Of a DNA stretch of 13,181 nucleotides, positions 8,608 through 13,181 are shown piece after piece; within the stretch, counting starts at the first letter, position 1, and each line of letters starts with the position of its first letter. A program made the position numbers and the translations under genes. This DNA comes from Pseudomonadota bacterium (lineage in GTDB: Bacteria > Bdellovibrionota_G > JALEGL01 > DATDPG01). Where the stretch lies: the NCBI GenBank assembly GCA_043804515.1, contig JAZDIZ010000180.1, positions 1-13,181 of the forward strand, read 5' to 3'. The notes under the pieces are model-generated. The model saw only the letters and a program-made list of their open reading frames with translations. It did not search any database and was not told the origin of the DNA.

Positions 8608-10877
8608 CATTTCACCTGCGGACGGAACGTGTACCACGCCGCCACCATCTGTCCTAGGGCGATGCCGCCGTCGTTCGGCGGAACCCGCTGGTGCCGGTAC
8701 GGCTCGAACCCTTCCTCTTTCAAACGTCGCACGGCTCGCTCCGTCAGATACTTGTTTTGAAAACACCCGCCCGTCAGGGCCAGCCGTTTCTCCCCCGTCC
8801 GTTTCGCCACGGCCACGATCATTTCCACCAGCGTGTTGTGGAACTTCGCGGAGATTGAAGAAACCTTCATCCCCTTCCGATGCTCCGCCACGATCGCTGC
8901 AAGCATCGGACCCCAATCCAGAATCTCGCCCGTCAGGTCGAACGGATATGAGCCGTCCTCGGCGTCTTGGCTCAAAGCGAATTCCATCTCCATCGCCGCC
9001 TGGCCTTCGAAACTGGAATGAAGCCTAAGGCCCAGAAGCGCCGAAAAGGCGTCGAAAAGCCTTCCGACGCTCGATGTGCGCGGCGTGTGGAGGCGGTTCC
9101 GAAGCATCGTGCGAAGCGAGACCAGCTCCTCCGGCGTGAATTCAAGCGGCTCCAAAAGATCAGGCTGGCCGAAAAGGGATTCCCCCATGGCTTCGTACAG
9201 GACGCCCAAAGCACTGCGCCTCGCTTCCCGCACCGCCTGGTCACCCCCCGGAAGGCCGAACGTCCTCACGTGCGCCACGCGTTCGAACATTCCGTCTTTA
9301 ACGCGCAGGAATTCCCCTCCCCAGATCGTTCCGTCCGTCCCCAGGCCCGTTCCATCCCAGCTCACGCCCAGAACGCCTCCCGTCAGGTCGTTGTCCGCCA
9401 TGCAGGAAAGGACATGCGCGAAGTGATGCTGGACGCCGATGACCGGAAGGCCGAGTGCCGCAGCATATGCCGTGGACGCATAGTCGGGATGAAGATCGCA
9501 CGCGACGGCCGACGGCCGGGCATCGTACAGTTTCGGAAGGTGATCCACGACCCACCGGAACGCGGAGAGCGCTTGCGGCGTTTCGAGGTCCCCGATGTGG
9601 TGGCTTAAGAAAATGTTCCCCCCGGCCGAAAACGCCATCGTGTTCTTGAGATGCGCCCCCACCGCCAAAAGAGGCACTGCCTTTTCCTGCCGGGCTACGG
9701 GCAACGGGGCGAATCCTCGCGCGCGCCGGAAGATTGTCTCCCGGCCGGCGATGACACGCACAATGGAGTCGTCGGCATACCGAGCGATCGGCCGGTTGTG
9801 CACTAGATAGAAATCCGCGATTTCCTCGAGCCGCTCCAAGGCTTCCCGTTCCTCCGTGCAAATCGGTTCGTCGGACCGGTTTCCGCTGGTGGCCACGATC
9901 CCGAAGCCAAGCTCCCGCATCAAGACGTGGTGAAGGGGTGTATACGCCAACATCACGCCCAGGTACGGATTCCGCGGGGCCACCGATGCGGCATAGACTT
10001 CGGCGCGTTTACGCAGGAGGACGATCGGGGCCTCCGGCGATTGAAGAAGCCTCTCTTCCAAGGCGGACACCTCGCATGCCTCTCGGACGGATTCGATCGA
10101 GGGAAGCATGAGAGCGAAGGGTTTCTCCTCACGTAGCTTGCGCTGGCGAAGGCGCGCCACAGCCTGGGAATTCCGGGCGTCCACCGCCAACTGAAACCCG
10201 CCGAGCCCTTTCACGGCCACGATCTTGCCCTCACGGATCGCCCGAGCGGCGCCAACGAGCGCCTCGTGCCGTAGGGAGACGACCGATCCGTCCTCCCGCC
10301 ACAGCTCCAGATGAGGGCCGCAGGCGGGGCAGGCGTTGGGTTGGGCGTGGAACCGCCGGTTCAACGGGTCCGCGTACTCGGCCCGGCACTCGGCGCACAT
10401 CGGAAAAGCTTTCATCGTCGTGCGAGCCCGGTCGTAAGGAAGCGACTCGACGATCGTGAAGCGAGGGCCGCAGTTCGTGCAATTGGTGAACGGATACAGA
10501 TTCCGTCGGTTTCCGCGCTCGAACACGTCGGAGAGGCATTCGGGGCATGTCGCGATATCGGGCAGGATCAGTGCGCTCTTTTCGCCCGATTCCGTGCTTT
10601 CACGCACTTCGAACGATCCGTATCCAAAAGGATCCAGCGTGATCGTCTCCATTCCTTGGATGGACGCGCGCGGCGGTTTCTCCTTTAACAGACGGGGCAG
10701 AAACGCTTCCACGGCGGAGGGCTCTCCCTCGACCTCGAAGGTAACACCCTGAGCCGAATTGCTGACAAAGCCGGCCAACTTCAATTCGGAGGCGATTCGA
10801 TACACCGTGGGCCGGAACCCGACTCCCTGCACGGCTCCGCGCACGAACACCCGGATTCTTTTGAGTCCCGCCGACAT
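8607..10877 (-). CDS. hypF: Carbamoyltransferase HypF
   Basis: 756 aa. Acylphosphatase domain (GAVQGVGFRP), Zn fingers (CPEC, CTNC, CAEC, CPAC), YrdC-like KGLGGF, Kae1-like QHHFAH, DGTG and PPNDGGIALGQ. Confidence 0.98.
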   Translation of the reverse strand: MSAGLKRIRVFVRGAVQGVGFRPTVYRIASELKLAGFVSNSAQGVTFEVEGEPSAVEAFLPRLLKEKPPRASIQGMETITLDPFGYGSFEVRESTESGEKSALILPDIATCPECLSDVFERGNRRNLYPFTNCTNCGPRFTIVESLPYDRARTTMKAFPMCAECRAEYADPLNRRFHAQPNACPACGPHLELWREDGSVVSLRHEALVGAARAIREGKIVAVKGLGGFQLAVDARNSQAVARLRQRKLREEKPFALMLPSIESVREACEVSALEERLLQSPEAPIVLLRKRAEVYAASVAPRNPYLGVMLAYTPLHHVLMRELGFGIVATSGNRSDEPICTEEREALERLEEIADFYLVHNRPIARYADDSIVRVIAGRETIFRRARGFAPLPVARQEKAVPLLAVGAHLKNTMAFSAGGNIFLSHHIGDLETPQALSAFRWVVDHLPKLYDARPSAVACDLHPDYASTAYAAALGLPVIGVQHHFAHVLSCMADNDLTGGVLGVSWDGTGLGTDGTIWGGEFLRVKDGMFERVAHVRTFGLPGGDQAVREARRSALGVLYEAMGESLFGQPDLLEPLEFTPEELVSLRTMLRNRLHTPRTSSVGRLFDAFSALLGLRLHSSFEGQAAMEMEFALSQDAEDGSYPFDLTGEILDWGPMLAAIVAEHRKGMKVSSISAKFHNTLVEMIVAVAKRTGEKRLALTGGCFQNKYLTERAVRRLKEEGFEPYRHQRVPPNDGGIALGQMVAAWYTFRPQVK

Positions 10878-10886
10878 GGGCGCAAG

Positions 10887-10914
10887 AGATTACCCGGAAT
10901 ATGCCGTTTGCCTA
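10887..10914 (-). promoter_or_regulatory. Putative sigma70-type promoter for hypFCDE (near-leaderless)
   Basis: Minus strand TAGGCA (10914-10909), 16-nt spacer, TAATCT (10892-10887), 9 nt before the hypF ATG. No SD is visible. Confidence 0.4.
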
Positions 10915-10932
10915 GACTGGCCTCCTTTGGCG

Positions 10933-10953
10933 GATTTCGACTGTGATTTCGAC
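10933..10953. repeat. 9-bp direct repeat GATTTCGAC x2 in the hypF/kinase divergent region
   Basis: Copies at 10933-10941 and 10945-10953 (12-bp period). Confidence 0.6.
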
Positions 10954-11030
10954 AGGTTGTCATGTGCGTCGGGCGGCCGGAGTGGGCAGGTGAGGAATCG
11001 CTGCAAAACGGGTAAACTGGACGGCACTTC

Positions 11031-12743
11031 ATGCCGCTGACGTACCCGAGGCGTGTCGGGGCTTACCATTTGGTTCATCCCGTGGGCCAGGGTGGCCTCG
11101 CCGAAGTCTTCATGGCTCTTCGAAACGATCGGCCTTGCGCGGTGAAGTGCCTCAAACGCGAGCGCATGTCGGAGCCCCGGTTTCTGCGTGATTTCATCCG
11201 GGAAGCCAAGATCTCCACGTCCCTCGACCATCCGAACATCCTTCGGTTCCTGGACCAGGGAAAGGTGGACGACACGTATTTCGCCGTCATGGAACTCCTC
11301 GTCGGCGCCACGCTGGAGCAACTGCTCTCCGAAGCTAAAAATAACTCGGACCCTCTCCCGCTTTCTTTTTCTCTCTTTTGTCTGGCGGAACTCTGTAAGG
11401 CGCTCAAATTCCTGCACCGCTCCACGGTTTACGAACACTCCAACTCCGTACTGTTTCACGGTGACATTTCCTCGACCAACGTCATGGTCTGCCAGGATGG
11501 CCGTGTTCTTCTGATGGATTTCGGAAGCGCCGGCCAGCAGTCGGATACTGACCCGAAGGATCACCACCTCGGGAAAATGTACTACCTGCCGCCGGACGTG
11601 CTTCAAAAAGCGCCGTACACGACGGCGACGGACGTGTATTCGATGGGCGTTCTGGCGTTCTACCTTTTGTTCGGCAGCCGCCCTTTTGACGCCGGAAGCA
11701 AGGTGGAACTCTACCAGGCGATTCTTGAGAATGATCTGCCCCGGTTCGATTGCGCCGGTGTTGCGCGCACGGCCAAAGATGAGGGGCCTCTACGCATTTT
11801 TTTCAACAAGGCCCTGCACAAGGACCCGAAGGTCCGTTTTCAAACCGTCGAGGAGTTCGAGCAACAGTTTTTGGCGCTCCGATTCGCCCAGCCGACCCCG
11901 CAAATGCCCAGCGAGTTTCTCCGCGTCTTTCCCCCTTGGCTGACGGCGCGCTTCAGCGCCACCGCGCGCGAATGGGTGAAGCAGCTTCAAAGCTACCGGG
12001 ACGGAAGAACCCCCTCGGTGGAGCAGTCGCGGGAGCAGGGGCCCGTGGAGTCGCTCCTCGCCCATATCAACCGCCGTTCTCATCCCCGGTTATCCGTCGG
12101 CCACTTGAAGATGGAAGCCGAGGTTCTCGCGGCGGAGGAACGCGTGAAGATTAACGCTCCCCTGGTTGAATTGAGCCAAGGAGGGATGCTCGTCCGATGG
12201 GAAGGCCTTCCCGCGAGGTTGGGCGGAGATTACCCGGTCACGTTGAAATTGGGGGACACCTCGGCGCCGATCCAGGCTACGGGCCGGATGATCTACGAAG
12301 TCGAGAAAAAATCGAAGCCGCACGTCGCTTTCCGATTCACGAGGATCCTTCCGGAGAACGAACTCCTCCTGGCGGAGTATGTATCCACGCACCTTCCTGC
12401 GGCTCCTTCGGCGGTAATCGCCGCTCCGGAGGCCTCCGAAACGTACGTGGACGTGATTTTTCCCTCTGTCGCCGCTTTCCAGGGAGAATTCGAAACCAAT
12501 ATCGGCCACGGCGGAATGTTTATCCAGTCCACGCGCCCTTTTGCCATCGACGAAACGATTCTCCTGAGAATCCAGATCGGAAATCTCCTGGAACGGATCA
12601 CTCTGAAGGGGGCTGTCGTGCAATGTAAGCCGCTTGCCTCCGCCGGGGCGCCCAACGCCCGATTCGGCGTCGGACTTCAATTGGCCGATCCGCCTGCGCG
12701 TATTGCCGAATTGTTCGGGCGGCTTCTACCGACGACGCACTGA
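11031..12743 (+). CDS. Hanks-type Ser/Thr protein kinase with two C-terminal PilZ-like domains
   Basis: 570 aa. Kinase motifs VGQGGLAEVF, AVK, FIRE, HPNI, HGDISSTNVM, DFG, GKMYYLPPD, TDVYSMG and DPKVRF. PilZ-1 has RRSHPR (aa 348-353) and ELSQGG. PilZ-2 has NIGHGGMFIQSTRP...GVGLQL. Confidence 0.9.
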   Translation: MPLTYPRRVGAYHLVHPVGQGGLAEVFMALRNDRPCAVKCLKRERMSEPRFLRDFIREAKISTSLDHPNILRFLDQGKVDDTYFAVMELLVGATLEQLLSEAKNNSDPLPLSFSLFCLAELCKALKFLHRSTVYEHSNSVLFHGDISSTNVMVCQDGRVLLMDFGSAGQQSDTDPKDHHLGKMYYLPPDVLQKAPYTTATDVYSMGVLAFYLLFGSRPFDAGSKVELYQAILENDLPRFDCAGVARTAKDEGPLRIFFNKALHKDPKVRFQTVEEFEQQFLALRFAQPTPQMPSEFLRVFPPWLTARFSATAREWVKQLQSYRDGRTPSVEQSREQGPVESLLAHINRRSHPRLSVGHLKMEAEVLAAEERVKINAPLVELSQGGMLVRWEGLPARLGGDYPVTLKLGDTSAPIQATGRMIYEVEKKSKPHVAFRFTRILPENELLLAEYVSTHLPAAPSAVIAAPEASETYVDVIFPSVAAFQGEFETNIGHGGMFIQSTRPFAIDETILLRIQIGNLLERITLKGAVVQCKPLASAGAPNARFGVGLQLADPPARIAELFGRLLPTTH

Positions 12744-12767
12744 AAAAACCCGGAAACCGGAGTCCGA

Positions 12768-12798
12768 TGACCGGAATCCGTTTGCTGGTTTCCGGTCA
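12768..12798. other. Hairpin downstream of the kinase stop (possible terminator or RNA-stabilising stem)
   Basis: TGACCGGAA (12768-12776) pairs with TTCCGGTCA (12790-12798). No clean U-tract follows on the + strand. Confidence 0.45.
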
Positions 12799-12979
12799 GG
12801 ATTGGGGATTAAGGATTACCTCTTAGATCTGAAATCCAAGGATCAATCCTCGCGCCTTAACAGGTTGCTGAAAAACCCGATCTTTAGGATCGAACTAGTT
12901 TCGATAATGGATCTAGGAGTTTTCGGAAGGAATATCAGAAGTTGATTAGGGGGAGATGGATTGGGAGCAAGTGATGGTG

Positions 12980-13056
12980 GACGGAGTCGGCGACCCCTCG
13001 TCGGTCGGCCGACGACTTTCGGAAGTCTCAGCGGTTGTTGAGAGGGGAGATTCGTC
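12980..13056 (+). ncRNA. Candidate structured element with a perfect four-way junction (unassigned)
   Basis: CCCCTC/GAGGGG closes three contiguous 14-nt hairpins with no junction nucleotides. Outer stem GACGGAGTC/GATTCGTC. G-U pairs favour the + strand. Expression is not shown. Confidence 0.45.
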
Positions 13057-13059
13057 GGG

Positions 13060-13079
13060 CAACCTTACCGGTAAGGTTG
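13060..13079. repeat. Perfect 20-bp palindrome
   Basis: CAACCTTACCGGTAAGGTTG equals its own reverse complement. Confidence 0.9.
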
Positions 13080-13181
13080 TTGAAAAAATCGCGGAACTTT
13101 GTGGAAAAATAATGAACGAGAGTGATTTTTTCCATCTTTTTTTCTTGACTGACCCGAGCCCGGATTTTTTGGAACCAAAGC

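Noticed and set aside
8608..8916. N-terminal extension of the 187-aa HypC ORF in the track
   Set aside because: It overlaps hypF in another frame. HypC needs Cys2, which fixes the start at 8607.
11796..11812. TTTTTCAACAAGGCC resembling the inverse of the IS-end-like motif
   Set aside because: It lies in-frame within the intact kinase domain (FFNKA) and is likely coincidental.
12634..12945. 103-aa + strand ORF crossing the kinase end
   Set aside because: It overlaps the kinase, uses a non-ATG start with no SD, has no motifs and runs through hairpin-rich DNA.
12980..13056. Assignment of the junction as tRNA, NiCo or yybP-ykoY riboswitch, or RNase P RNA
   Set aside because: The 4-nt loops and lack of TTCRA, anticodon loop or CCA exclude tRNA. 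I could not find the conserved NiCo or yybP nucleotides, or the RNase P GAGGAAAGTCC signature. Left unassigned.
13145..13175. TTGACT -35 element after a T-rich tract
   Set aside because: There is no convincing -10 at 16-18 nt spacing within the window, and the downstream gene is not visible.
12744..13181. CRISPR array
   Set aside because: No regularly spaced 23-47 bp repeats with unique spacers, and no cas genes.

Overview
GC-rich bacterial DNA carrying a cytoplasmic group 3b [NiFe]-hydrogenase (sulfhydrogenase-type) locus in three blocks. (1) A leftward operon runs beta-gamma-delta-alpha plus a maturation endopeptidase; the endopeptidase leaves the left edge and is missing from the ORF track. 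(2) A divergent hypAB pair follows. (3) A leftward hypF-hypC-hypD-hypE operon converges on hypAB. At the hypB/hypE seam is a 193-aa orphan with a signal-peptide-like N-terminus and its own sigma54-type promoter. Divergent from hypF is a Hanks-type Ser/Thr kinase fused to two PilZ-like domains, an architecture suggesting a Myxococcota/Bdellovibrionota-like host (inference). The last ~440 bp are non-coding but highly structured. They contain a perfect four-way junction with three equal 14-nt arms, a perfect 20-bp palindrome, IS-end-like repeats, a GATC cluster and one DnaA-box match. The most novel-looking items are the four-way-junction element, the sigma54-driven orphan, the beta subunit's Cys-free N-terminal half and the non-RD kinase-PilZ-PilZ protein.
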